DNA of 64,000 nt from NCBI RefSeq assembly GCF_036321535.1, contig NC_087437.1:79114001-79178000 (forward strand), given 5' to 3'. The notes below the pieces were generated by a model that did not search any database, was not told the DNA's origin, and was given only the letters and a program-made list of their open reading frames with translations. Origin of the DNA: Camelus dromedarius (Eukaryota). Made by a program: the position numbers and the translations under genes. Shown in pieces: positions 51,590-64,000 of the stretch; the first letter of the stretch is position 1; every line of letters begins with the position of its first letter.

Positions 51590-54119
51590 GGGCCCTTCTC
51601 TGTAGTAACTACAAGGAGTAGGAAAGAAAGGCAATGAAACCTCAGGTATTTAGAAAATGGGAAATGTATGCAGTTTTACCAGAGGTATACAAACAACAAG
51701 CTGAGTTGCCATTAACACTTAAATTTATATATCAAAACAAATAATATAAAAATTGAAAAAAAGAAAGAAGAAAACTAAACCAGAAATAAATGAAGCAAAT
51801 GAGAGAACTAAAACATGGTGTATACTGACTTGCATACTTGTAGGATGTAACAAATGCATCTGAATGCATTGGATCTAGTAGATTTTCCAGATCCTTTGAT
51901 TGTAGAGACAGCTTAAAAGTCTTTACTGAATATTAGTGATGATTAAAAAATATTGAAAACATAGAAGTAGGGGCTCCAAGTAAATAGAAGAGAATAATCA
52001 TTTGTGTATATATATAAATTCCACTAATGTTAATCGTAGCTTTGCATATAAATCTGTGCACGTCAAGAAGATGAATGTACGTAATCTATGTATATATGTA
52101 TACACACAGACACATGTGTGCACACTTTTGAGCATTCCCTAAGATCACATTGTAAAATGATGGTAAACAAAGTCTCTTCTAGGTCACTTATAATTTATAC
52201 ATTAATATTTTAGGACATGTAGTACTAGAAAACTTTTAGGTAGCTGAAGCTTTAAATTCTTGGGTAGAATAATTTGAAAACTGCTATAACTCTACAGATA
52301 TTTCACTGCAAATGAGACTGTCAGACTTAAACTACTCATGTTTGGTAAAGGAATGTATTCACTTCACCAGCTATTAGATTTACCAAAACGTACAAGGAGA
52401 AGAAACCTACAAGGGTGAGAAGCAGGAGAGGGAGGAGGGGAGAGAGGAAAAGAAGGAGAGGAAAGAGGAAGAAAAAATCTGCAACTACAACCATATAACC
52501 ACCACCTAAGTAGGCGGTGAGATCCTTGAGAATGTGCCTTGGTCATATTTGAACCTCTGCAGCCTTGGGCAGTGGAGGCACGTGTAGATGAGCAATGCAT
52601 GCTTGTTAAACTAACCTGAATTGACAGAGTGACAAAGCAATTACTGATGTACATAATATCTTCACCAGTTTTTCATCCCTTTGGGGATTTTATAGAGAAA
52701 AAATCAAAAGCAAAGGATATATTTTTTAAAGTTCATTTGAGTTGAAAATTACTCTGAATTATTTTCAAATAAAGTGTGCTACTGTGCTACAAAACACTAA
52801 TTGTAATAATACCAAGAAAGATGTACTTAACTTGGGATTATCATCCTATAGTTCCTTAAACGCTATGCAAACTTTAATGTTTATATGTATGTATCATATT
52901 TCTGGGGCAAAATCACAGACAAGATTGACTGACAATTTACCAAGACACAGTCGGTAGCTTCAAATTTTTATGGTTTGTGTATACCAGGATAAGGAAAGTC
53001 CTCCTCTCCCTCCTTCCCTCCTTCTTTCCTTCCTTCCTTCTTTCTTTTTTTCTTTCCCTTTAGTACACAATTGCACAATTAATGATGGGATTATGTGCCA
53101 GGAATTGTGCTGTGCTGAGCCCTGACACCTGAATTATAACACTTGCCACAGTCATCTGGTTATTTATTAATTTCTCTCACCCCCTCAGAGACTTGAATTT
53201 ACCTCTGTTTTTTACATTTATATGGTTAATTAAATTCAGTCAACAGTTTATGAGGTCCCGTGCAAAAAGAAGGTGTGCTTTGCAAGATTTAAATGTGAAA
53301 AGGTACACGAGGGTAAAGAGACAACATGGTCTCTGATCTCTTGTAATTTGTAGCATAGGAGAGCCATTCAAAAATATATATATAAATACTTAAAGTAGTT
53401 GCAAATTGTGCTTGTTGCAATGCAGAAAAACAAAAGTGCCCTTAGTAAGGAAAATATTACTTGATTAGTTAAGAACTTAAGGAAAAATTTAAAAAACTAA
53501 ATTAGTTTTTTGCCATTTTTAATACAAATTGTTGGCAATTAAACAAACAAAACAAAACAAAACAAAACACTGTGGTTTCTTCCTGAAAGAGATTTCACAA
53601 TTTACTTTGGACAAAATAACTTACACTAGTAATTCTAACATAAGGTAATACAGTACACAAATCTTTGGACATAGTATAAGAAAATACATACGGGAATTTA
53701 GAGTGGTTTAATCAAAGTGCTATGAAACGATAGAAAGAAAGATTCAGTCCAGTAGAAGGCATAACTTGTTGACAAGCACATGTTGGGCAGAAGCAAGAGT
53801 TAGCACAAGGGTTAGAGTAAGAGCCAAGGCCCAGGTCTGATGCCATAGTAGATTAATCTTGAACTAGGAATCTTAGGGGAAAGCCTGGTAATTCAAATAC
53901 CAACAGTCATCTGAGCCTACAACATAGTTTTGTTCAGGCTAAACTGTAACGAAAATTTCAAGTCAGTCAATTTGTCAATCAGTTGTGTGTGTGCATAGGT
54001 ATGTATCTATATAGGCTAGCTGACATCCTATATATTATATTTTTATGATGGCAAAATACATACAAAGACTGTCATTCTTTATATTTATAACTGATAATCA
54101 GCTACTTGCTAGAAAGTTT

Positions 54120-54565
54120 GAAGATTCCTGACAAATGTTCAAAGCTACTAGAATTTTCTTGGACCCATTTTAATAAAAATAGAAGCACATAAATGCTGGG
54201 AAATATTTTAAATCTTTCCTGATATACAAGCAAATCTTAGTCATAATGCTCACAAAGAACTAATCAGAGAAATTTCTGATTTTTTTCAATTAGTGTTTTT
54301 TAAGGGAAAGGACATGAGAACAAATTGTTGTATATGACATTTCCTTTTGGGATAGCTTGGAATATTAATGAATTTGCCCATGTTGACTGAATTATATTAG
54401 CTGGTTATTTACAAGTGAAACACCCTAGACGTTAGGTCCCTTGATGATATGCTATCATTAATTTTCCCTTTTTTTCCTGTCAGGTTGTTACTGACAGTTA
54501 AAACAATGCATATAAATCTGATATGCATATAGTTATTTGATTTCAAAAGGTTCATTTTGTTCTCT
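54120..54565 (+). mobile_element. Possible CR1/L3 RT remnant
   Basis: CCCATTTTAATAAAAATAGA...CTGGGAAATAT and TATAGTTATTTGATTTCAAAAGG resemble the PIFKKG..PGNY and YLDFxKAF coding motifs; very diverged. Confidence 0.35.
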
Positions 54566-55099
54566 AAATTTTGATTAACATAATCTCTAGTGGGATGTTT
54601 TTCTTATTGTTCTTTTTTTAAAATTTTTTATGACCTTAGCAGTATTAATGTTATTGTCATACATTTATTGTGTTTGTCACTGAATTATATTTTGGTAGTG
54701 CTATTTTTCTTGCATGTAGCATATTTCTTATGAGCAACAATTCTCCTCTATAATGGAATCTTCTTATTCTCCCTCAATATACAGTGCTAATACTTTACTT
54801 CTAGGTCTACTTCTGAAAGAAAATTGAGAGTAGACTATTTTGGAAAACAAAAAGTAAAGGAGGAAGGAATAAAGCAATGCAATGAATTTGGATACGAAGT
54901 CTGAGTACTATAATGGCAATATAGTATATATGTATATAGTATATATCAATATAGAGCATATATATCTTGCTCTCAAGTCCAAACCAAATATAAGAAATGA
55001 CTGTTTTAATAATCTTTTATTTAAGATTCATCCTAACTTGTTTCTATTTTTATCTTTAGCCTTATCAACTAGTACACATTCCCTAAACTGATTTATTGA

Positions 55100-55510
55100 G
55101 AGCCTCCAAAATAAAACTGGTATGTTTTTTAACATTGCACTTTTGGTTACCATTCCATCAACCAGAATGGCATTCCCTGTCCTCTTCTTTTAGACTTACT
55201 ATATCCATTCTTCAAAACTAGTAATCCATTACTAATTCTTTAGAAGCTTCCCATGGCCAATCCAGCCTGAACTGATTACTAAGACACTGAGCTTTTATAA
55301 CAAGACAACTTTTAGCCATTGGCAATAAATTGTATACTACCAAGTAATATTTCTACAATTACTTTTCAGAACTTCTAAATAGATCATTTTAGGGGGACCA
55401 CTCAAGTTTGCAAGTATTTATGTCATCTTTCTCTAGATAACATACTGAGGGCTAGGAACACATTTTGTTATTTTTCCCTCAAAACAGGACCTAAAACAGA
55501 ATGTTTGTTG
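55100..55510 (+). mobile_element. L2 3' fragment
   Basis: CCAGAATGGCATTCCC...TTCTTCAAAACT...GAAGCTTCCC...TGAGGGCTAGGAAC. Confidence 0.55.
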
Positions 55511-55579
55511 TTTTTAAATCTACAGAACTTACTCTGTGGTGAGTTCCATCTATGGAGAAATAAAAGGCTGTGGTATCTT

Positions 55580-55690
55580 TCATTTATTGTTCACTCATTC
55601 CATCAATATTTACTGAGTACCTACTAGGTGCAAGACACTAGGTCTACAAACACTAAAATAGCACTAATTCTGCCCTCAGTGCATCAGGAT
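55580..55690 (-). mobile_element. L2 3' end
   Basis: CACTCATTCCATCAATATTTACTGAGTACCTACTAGGTGCAAGACACT. Confidence 0.75.
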
Positions 55691-56394
55691 AATAGGCAGT
55701 AGTCTCATATCTAGGTCACGTAGACCAAGCTCACGAGGACTACATCCTTATCCATTCAGTAGCTGCTAATCCACATAATCAGAGAATGAAACTAAACTGA
55801 GTATTGGGCATATTATTTTCTTATTCAGGCTCAAAAAAATTTTTGGTTTCTAGAAAAGTTGGATTTTCAGTCTTTTAAAATTTTACTTTCAAAATCTTTT
55901 CTATGTAAAAGTAGCTAAGTTTGCCCTTGACATTTACTGGGAGGACTAAACAAAAATAGAAACAAACATTGCTTAGTACAATTAACAAAGCAATCATCAT
56001 GTAAAAATGCTTGGTGGTATTATGATTTAAGTAATTTTTATTTGTTTTCTAAAACATAGAAGTGTTTATTTCTAAAACATAAGTAGTTGAATCAATGACA
56101 AATTCACTTTAGGACAGATGAGTCCATCACATTAAGATGTTTTCCAAAATTGAACAAATTAATTAATTCTCTCCTCAGCTTAATTATAAGGTTAAAATGC
56201 AACTGTAAAAAAATTTTTTGGAAAGCATTACAAAATTTAAATCATCATTCTACTGTTGCTTTTTTGTGTTAAGTGTAAAAATACATATTTATATATTGCA
56301 CTACAATATCTCATTTTTCTACCTTTTTTATTATGTTGAAATTTATATGTTGGAGATCATGTTCTTCCTCAGTGGATGATTCTTGTTAAGATTG

Positions 56395-56630
56395 ATGTAG
56401 AGGGCGTGAACTGTGGAGTCAGATACAACTGGGTTTTGAATTCTATCTGTACTCTTTTATAGCTGTAGAGCTGGTGAATTTACTGAAACTGGTTTAAGCT
56501 GCAGTCTCCTCATCTCCAAAATTATCATAATAAAACATATTCATGGTGAAGACAGAATAGGTTGATGTGTAAGTTATCCAGTAATGTCTGGCACATATTG
56601 TGCATTTTAAATAATATTTTTATTATAACA
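56395..56630 (+). mobile_element. MIR SINE
   Basis: TGGAGTCAGA...CAGTCTCCTCATCT...TGTCTGGCACATA. Confidence 0.8.
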
Positions 56631-58759
56631 TTGTGAATTGTGTACAGATCACATTGATAATCTGTATGAATACTAGATTGGAAAAGGATTGTTCACATAA
56701 AATATTCACTTCTTGCTCTGTTTTATTAGAATGAGTGTGGCTCTGAAAATTATTTTTCTCCTTGTTAAGTGGACTGACATTTTAACCTTTCTATTATGAT
56801 AATATCTGCCTTAATCAAATTATTTTGACCATTCTTCATGCTATGCACTTTATGTAGGGGAAATCAAACATTATACTGTTTGGGAGGCAATTTAAAGTAT
56901 TTTAAAAGTATGTGGTAAGTTAGTATAAGATGTATATGCTAGAGTATGGGAGGCTTGGGTATAATAGTTTATTATATTCTTTGGTCCTAAGTTATTAGAA
57001 CTTTAGAATTTAATAGTTTGATTTATCTATTACTTTTAGTTCTCTGTTATGAGTACTGCATTTTTTTCTGCACATAATTTTTTTGTTTGTTTTGTTTTGG
57101 TGAGGGGGTGGTTTGCACGTTGCATTTACTCCAGGATTCTAACTGCTAAAAAAAACAATGAGTAAACATTGCAAGGAAGATCTGGGATCTACAGAATTGT
57201 GCTTTCTGGGTACTAGTAGAAAAAGGCAAAGGTGGTTTTCAAGGAAAAAAAAATTGTAATTTTAGAGCAGCTCAATCTGTGATCTTAAATGTGTATGAAG
57301 CCATCATTAGCTCCAGAATAAAAACATATTTTTGGAACTGGCTGTATTTATTGACTATTGAAAATACAATTTATAAACCTAATTATTTAAGGGAATTTGC
57401 CAGCTCTATGAATCCCACCCTGTGCTTTAGACCAGGAATATGCGTTTATTCCCATTTATTTTATGAGGCAAAATGAAGCTCAGAAGCTGATATAGTTTGG
57501 CTAGTGCATGAACAAATACAGCGTTTTCAACCACAGTATGAGGGTGAAGGAAAGAAAAAAGTGTACAATACTTAAATGTGTGACTTTTCTTAGAACAATA
57601 CCAACTTAAGCTTTTTTAATGCCTGAGCAGTAAACATGAGAATTGTGTGGGGTTTTTTAAAGATTAATTCCTACATCATATTACTATCACTACCTTTATC
57701 AGTTCCAATCGATTAAGCACCCACTAGTTTTAATGAGGATAAACCTACACCGGCAAAGAGAATGTCTTCATATAAAACCTGAGCCTGCAATCTGCAATGT
57801 ATGCTGTTTAACAAACCTAAATAACTTATACTTTCTTATATAACTACTTTACAGAGCCTCATAAAACATTCTTCCTTTCATTTTAAGCTTGTGTGGGTTT
57901 TTACACGCACAATATCTTAGTGCATTATCTGGGTGATGACAAAGCAAAGAAATAAAAATCCTTACTAATCCCTTCTAATCTTTTTTCAAGATTTGAGATT
58001 TTGGAACATTTCAGTTATTAAAACGTGTCACTCAAACTTTATATATATCTAAGTTAACATTTGAATAATCTTCTGTATCTGGAATATTTAGACAGTAAAG
58101 TTCATTTGAAAACTAAAACAATATTTTAGTCATCCCTTCAAGTGAAAGCTGAAACAAGGTTATCCAATGTTAAATTTCTGTTCCAGAAAACAAGTTATCT
58201 TTATTCAAATAACAAAAGAGATTCTTCAAACCTGAAAAATGTTATTAACCAGGAGTTTAAATATGCAGTGGTCCATCATTATCAAAATATATTGCAACAA
58301 ACAAACAAACCCTGGTAGACTGTGGTTTAGAGAAGGTTAGAGCAACTGCTGTCATTTGGTGACCATATATTCCTCCTTCTCCTGGTATCCCATTGCCGTT
58401 CTGAGTGCCTTACTCTTGGAGAAATGCTTCCCCTACAGCAAATTTCATCTGCTATTTCATCACAACCACGTGTAAAAGCTGAGTCATAATTAATTTAATA
58501 CTGTAAAGTGACTTTTTACTGGCATTATGTTTTCTCCTACCTCTTGTGGAAATCTGGGCACAGTGTATGAAATAGATCAGATTTAATACGAATTCCTTAA
58601 TGTTTTTTGATAATGTTAAGCATAACATGAAATTGTACCCCTTAAATACAAAAAAGAAATATCACAACATAATATTGAAGCAGCATAATTGTGAGCTTTT
58701 TAAAAATCTCTGCTGGGTTATGTCCATTTAGGAAATACCTGGTGCTATGCAATGCACAA

Positions 58760-59005
58760 CAGGAAATCACAAATTCAGTTACCTGTAGGACCAGGAAAGT
58801 AATCTAAATTTCATAGTAGAGGCTGACTGGCTCTGGCACCCAGCGAGTAGTGGAGACTATGGTGAACTGGACAGGACATGTTCCCCCTAAACAGGTCAGC
58901 TGCTTATCTGCAGCAGGTTGTTGCCATGGGGAAAGATGGGCTGAGGGTTATCCAAAAAAATCTGGAAATTCAGTGTTTGCATGTGTGAAACTACTTTAGA
59001 TCTCA
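58760..59005 (+). mobile_element. MER102-like hAT-Charlie element
   Basis: GAGTAGTGGAGACTATGGTGAACTGGA...TTGTTGCCATG matches the recalled MER102 consensus. Confidence 0.75.
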
Positions 59006-59018
59006 TTCAAGTTGAACA

Positions 59019-59021
<3 letters not shown>

Positions 59022-59059
<38 letters not shown>
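59022..59059. repeat. (AC)19 microsatellite
   Basis: Read directly from the sequence. Confidence 0.98.
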
Positions 59060-59061
<2 letters not shown>

Positions 59062-62000
59062 TAGAACTCTATTGATAGAAATAATACCTATATAAAGTGC
59101 CTGTTCAGTGTATGGACTACTTAGGTGCTCAGTAAAGCAGGGGAATTATTATGATATCAACATTTTGCAACATGGACCAAGTGTTCTAATCAAAATGAAT
59201 CCTTTTCATATGATGACACTATCTAGTCTATTTGTCACTTTTCTTAATATCTTGAATATTCCAAAGATACAAACTTTTTGTAGGAAAATGTTCATTATTA
59301 CAAGATACTCGGCAGGCTAAACATGAGATATTTTTGAATAACAGTAGCTTATTTCTGGAAAAGTTCTATATAAAAAGAGATAATATTTTAGAACCTCATT
59401 CAGTAGAGAAGAGTCTTACTAAATTAAAAATAAAATGAATGTAACTTTATGAAAAAACTACCTATCATGCTATTGTATCCATTACAATGATGAATAAACT
59501 CACCTTGAAAACAGATTTTCCAAAATATTTTTAAGTAGTTTCATAAAGCTCTAAATAAGTGCATATACTTATCTAGTTTCCTGTCTAGAAATAGAAAATT
59601 CAGGCATACAGGACTCTGTATCGTAAAGTCCCTCCTGCCAATTAGAGACTGATACTTAAAGTAGAACTGCATATCATGAATTCCTGATGATCAGTAAATT
59701 AGAACTGTGTCCGCTGGGATGGAAAGGGAATATCAAAGCCAAGGGCCCATTCTAGAAAATGCTTTTTCACAGCTTGGGTCTTAAATCTTGGAACCATTAG
59801 CAAGAGTGCTCTGTATCATCAAAATTGCCCATGGATTGCATGGAGTTTTATTTATGTACCATTTTCTACATTGAATTTCAACTCTCAGGAGCATTTTTTC
59901 ACACTCTCTGATTTTCAGACACTCAGCAGAAAGTAAAATATAGGCTCAAAATAAGATTTGTCTCTACATGGATGAATCAGTCATGCTTCATGGAATGCCT
60001 AATGCAGCCTTTGCTTCACCAAATCCCAAGTAACATCTCATTACTCCATATGGTGTCCTGAGACCAGAGCCTTGTTTGTCAGTTGCTGATGTTAAGTCAA
60101 CATATATCTCTGAGTGTGCCATCTCATGTGTATAACATTTCCATGGTTCACTGAAGCTTAATGTAATTAGTCAGAGGTGGTCTTAGTGAGATCAAGTGTG
60201 CATGTGACATCACCATGTGAAAGTGATGTATGGACTTTACTTAAAAATAGTGGGTTGGCACTGTCTTGGCAGCAGACACAAGGGTGCCTGAGGAAACAAA
60301 TGTCTCTGGGGCTTATACCATCTGCACATACATTTCAGACTGAATCTCTGGGAAATCAATAGTCTACTCTGTACTTAAAAATCAAACCCAGATGATCAGA
60401 TTCAGAGATAGTAAGGACTATTATTTCTAAAATTAAATGATCCAGAACTGTTTAGTCTTTTGAATTATTTTTTTTTGTTTCATCTTATGTATCTTTTAGT
60501 AAGATTTTTTGAAATACAAAAATAGTGTTTATACACTGTGCAAACTTTAGAAATTTCGAAAAACATCCAAAACCAAGCATTATGTCCTAATAAATGTTTT
60601 AAATCTACATTTATCTATAAATTTATAATCTTACTAAAACACCATATTGTATCCCCTTTTTTATGTCATAAAAGGGAAAATCATAACATTAAATGGTTTA
60701 CAAAATTTGCTTTAATGGATACATAGAAATTTCAAAATCTTATCATATAAATATATTATATATTACTTTATGAATCCCCCCGTGTTAACTAGCTTCTGTT
60801 ACCTTAAGTGAAACAAACCGTAGGAAATGAGGTTCTTTTATTAAAAAGAAAAGAAAATATTGTCCAAAATTAAGCTGTGATCCCATTAGGTTACTCTTAA
60901 TAGAGAGGAGCTAAAACCTAGAAAAAAAGAATGTGAACTATCAAAAAGAACCAATAATGTACACTGTTCTACTAATAAAATTGATAATAAATTGAGAACA
61001 GATATTTCTGTATGTTGAAACAATATTATCAGCTACCAAACTACTAAGAACAATGACAAAGTGATTTAATATTTAGCATTCCCAATAATATGCTGGCATA
61101 TTTAGGCACACTAGGAGTAGTATGCAAAAAAAAAAATCATGTAATGATGATTTTCAGACTTTACACTGAGAAAAATTTAGGAAAATATGATGTCAATCCC
61201 TGCTATGTATCCTCTCTATCTCTGTCCCTTTCTCTGTCTCTCTCTCATAGTGATTGAAGGTTTGAAAAAAATGAAATCCTTGAGAATGGTTGATTCTTTT
61301 TTTAACTCAAAAATAATAATTTAGAGATTCTTAATAAAAAATTATTAATGTGTGGGTTATCATATGGAGATTTTTCTATCAAAACTTGAAAAATAAACAG
61401 GAAAAAAATAAAAACACGAATATGAACACCATTTTTATATCCATCAATAACGATGAGGCCTTGCCATACTTTAGCAAGAGAGCGTCAGTGTGGTGACATG
61501 ACTTACACAGGTGTAACAGGTTAAAGATGAAGTATAGAAGTGTAAAATATAATACCAAAATATGTGATGCCACGTGCTAGGTCAGAAAATAGAATGATAA
61601 ATGCTACCTGTAGTTAATGAGAAAGCATAAGGAAAGAGGTGGGGCTTGTGTCCAAACTTGTAGAACAGGGGATTTGGGGAAGATAAAGCAACGGGGGTCA
61701 GTTTTCAGAGATGACCTATGTGAACAGGAAAGACATCTCACATGTAAACTACATAATATCATCTTCGCACCTGCATGAAGTTTCTTGTGGATTTTTGTTT
61801 TCTAAATGATGAATTTTCTGCCTTCTTCGGTAAGTATTTTGAGGAACCGGATTCTAAAGCTACTGTATTGAGATTTCTTGGCAGAACATGAGGCTAAGTT
61901 AATTTGGCTCTTCTAAGAGCATTTGCATTGTACTAAATTCAATTAAACTGGGGACAATATGCATATAATCCTAGAGAAAATTATTCAAAATTAGAAAATC

Positions 62001-62639
62001 ATTTAGCAAAACTGTATAGTTACAGAGCTCTTCTAAATTTAACAAGCTGTGTTGCAAGACATGTGGAATTCTAGACAGAATTATACAACACACTGATCTT
62101 GGAGTGGCCAGCAGGTCACACCTCTTTCATCGTCACCCTTTCACTTCACTTCTCTTACATATATTCTAGTTTTATGCTAATGATAATGTATGATACATCC
62201 ATATGATGATAAAAATCTACGTATCCATTAAAAGCATGATTTAGTAAAACATTTAATGCCATGGAAAATGTCTACTCTCTACATTTGAATTTTAAGAAGA
62301 ATGATAATGGTGTATATACTAGGATCTTAACTTTGCCTTTCCTGTTTTTCTTTTTCTTCTTCTTTTTTAACCATTATATCCCTTCTTTGACACTTAGAAA
62401 ATTTTTGAGGCTATCACAAAGAAACAAAACCAAATAAGACAAATATCAGAAATTGTAAACAAGACATCAATATAATGGAATAAAAATACCACAGAGGATG
62501 GTATAGGGATCAATAAGTCCCCCAGATGTAGTTTCAGTTTGGGCTACTTATTACTTACGAGATCTGCCAGTTTTTAAAATGATCTTAAAGCAGATAATTA
62601 TGTATTTTCATGTATGTACTAATGTATTTGATCTTCAAA

Positions 62640-64000
62640 CAACTCTGCTTCTCTACCACTCCCTCCATCCTCAATTCCCAGTGTCACTAATTCTAAATCC
62701 AGCAGTCAGTCCTCGGGCTTCTCTTCCTTGAGCTCTCCTCTGCTCCGTCTCAGTGTTCAGTGCTGGAATCTTCTCACCTCTCAGTCCTCAAATACTGCTG
62801 TGCACCAAGGCTTGTCCTCAGCTTTCTTCACTCTTATTCACATTCACTTCCTGGTTGATCTCATGCAATCTTGTGACTTTAAATGTACTGTGCCTGGTTT
62901 AGGCTTCTTACAAACAAAAAGTCACCACAAAAAGTGTCTTGGCTTAGGCAAGGTGAATAGTTTTATCTTATATTTAAAAAAGAAAAAGAAAAAAACAGTC
63001 CCAAACTAGCCAATTTATAGCAGCTATGGAAGTTTCATCCCCCTCTTTGACTCCAGCCCTAATAGCAGTGTTTCTTCCATCCTCACAATCAGTCTGCTAG
63101 ATCTCCTCATGTTCAGCTGGGGAGAAGACAAGTAAATGTCAAAAGCCACAAAAATAAGCTTGCTGGCTAACTAGCCCCCTTAAAGGATCTTCCTTACCCA
63201 AGAATTTATTGGAACATCTTTATTGAACACCATGATCTGCAAAAGAGGATAGAAATGCATATTATTATTCTTGGTAATTAGTGGATTCTAAGAGTAAAGT
63301 AGAATTAGAGATGAATATCATATAGACAACTAGTAGTTTTTCTGTGACACTTTAGATGTTGAGGGCTCCAAAATGTAATCCCTTTCAGATCACCCACCTA
63401 CCTACAAAATACCTCCGCTTAGATGTCTGATGGGTCAAACTTGGCCAAAATTAAAATCTTAAATTATATCCACAGGCCTTGTCCTCCTATGGTTTTCCCA
63501 CTTCCATTTACTCAACTTTTAAGCTCTACACCTTGGATTCCCTCTTGACTATTCTTTTCCTGTCATACTCTACATGTAATCTAATAGCAAATCTTATCTC
63601 CCTTTAAAGTAATACCCAAATCTAACCACTTCACAGCACCTCCATTGCTATCACAATTACCTCTGAGCTAGACTTCCATTCTTGCCTGTCATAATCTATT
63701 ATACTATTAAAAAGGTAAATCTGTTTATGTCACCCACCTACTTAAATGCATCCACTGGCATTCCACCAGAGGTAAAATAAAAGTAAATCCTTGCCATAAT
63801 TTAACTGTATAATCTCCCCTTGAGTACTTTTCTGACATAATTTCTTTCCCTCCCATCCTTTTGCCCCCAAACTTCATCCACTCTAGTCACATTGGCTATT
63901 TTGCTGTTCTTCAAACAGGCAAATCATGTTCCTAATTCAGGGCCTTGTACTTTATTTTCTTTGGCAGAAATGCTCTTTCCCCAAATATCCATAGTTATCA
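62640..64000 (+). mobile_element. L2 fragment interrupted by an LTR; continues past the right edge
   Basis: Pyrimidine-rich L2 sense sequence GATCTCATGCAATCTTGTGACTTTAAAT resumes near 63390 with TTAGATGTCTGATGGG...AATCTAACCACTT...CAGGGCCTT. Confidence 0.85.
62889..63349 (-). mobile_element. Old MaLR LTR (MLT1-like) nested in L2
   Basis: TG...CA ends (TGTGCCTGGTTTAGG / GACAACTAGTAGTTTTTCTGTGACA); interrupts otherwise colinear L2 sequence. Confidence 0.6.

Noticed and set aside
52410..52478. Purine-rich tract (and a pyrimidine tract at about 53000-53060)
   Set aside because: Common low-complexity sequence; no supporting promoter or CpG-island features.

Overview
AT-rich, CpG-depleted mammalian DNA that looks like a gene desert or the inside of a very large intron. 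I recognise no intact protein-coding gene, RNA gene or CRISPR-like array. The longer ORFs in the track are decayed LINE-1 ORF1/ORF2 or Tigger2 transposase fragments, and the rest look like chance ORFs. About half the window is transposon-derived: several L1s (one nested and internally deleted, one tiny twin-primed insertion), L2, MIR, a possible CR1/L3 remnant, MaLR/ERVL LTRs (MLT1, MLT2), two ERV1-type solo LTRs, hAT MITEs, a near-complete Tigger2 and microsatellites. A tRNA-derived SINE and two young L1 3' tails resemble camelid families as I recall them, so the source is probably Camelus or Vicugna (inference). Family names come from remembered consensus sequences, not a database search, and old-repeat boundaries are approximate. 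I found no convincing new biological system. The best leads are two + strand candidate exons in apparently unique DNA (9776-9844, 21153-21255), a 79-bp twin-primed L1, an 18-bp perfect inverted repeat, and a solo LTR with paired GAS-like sites.
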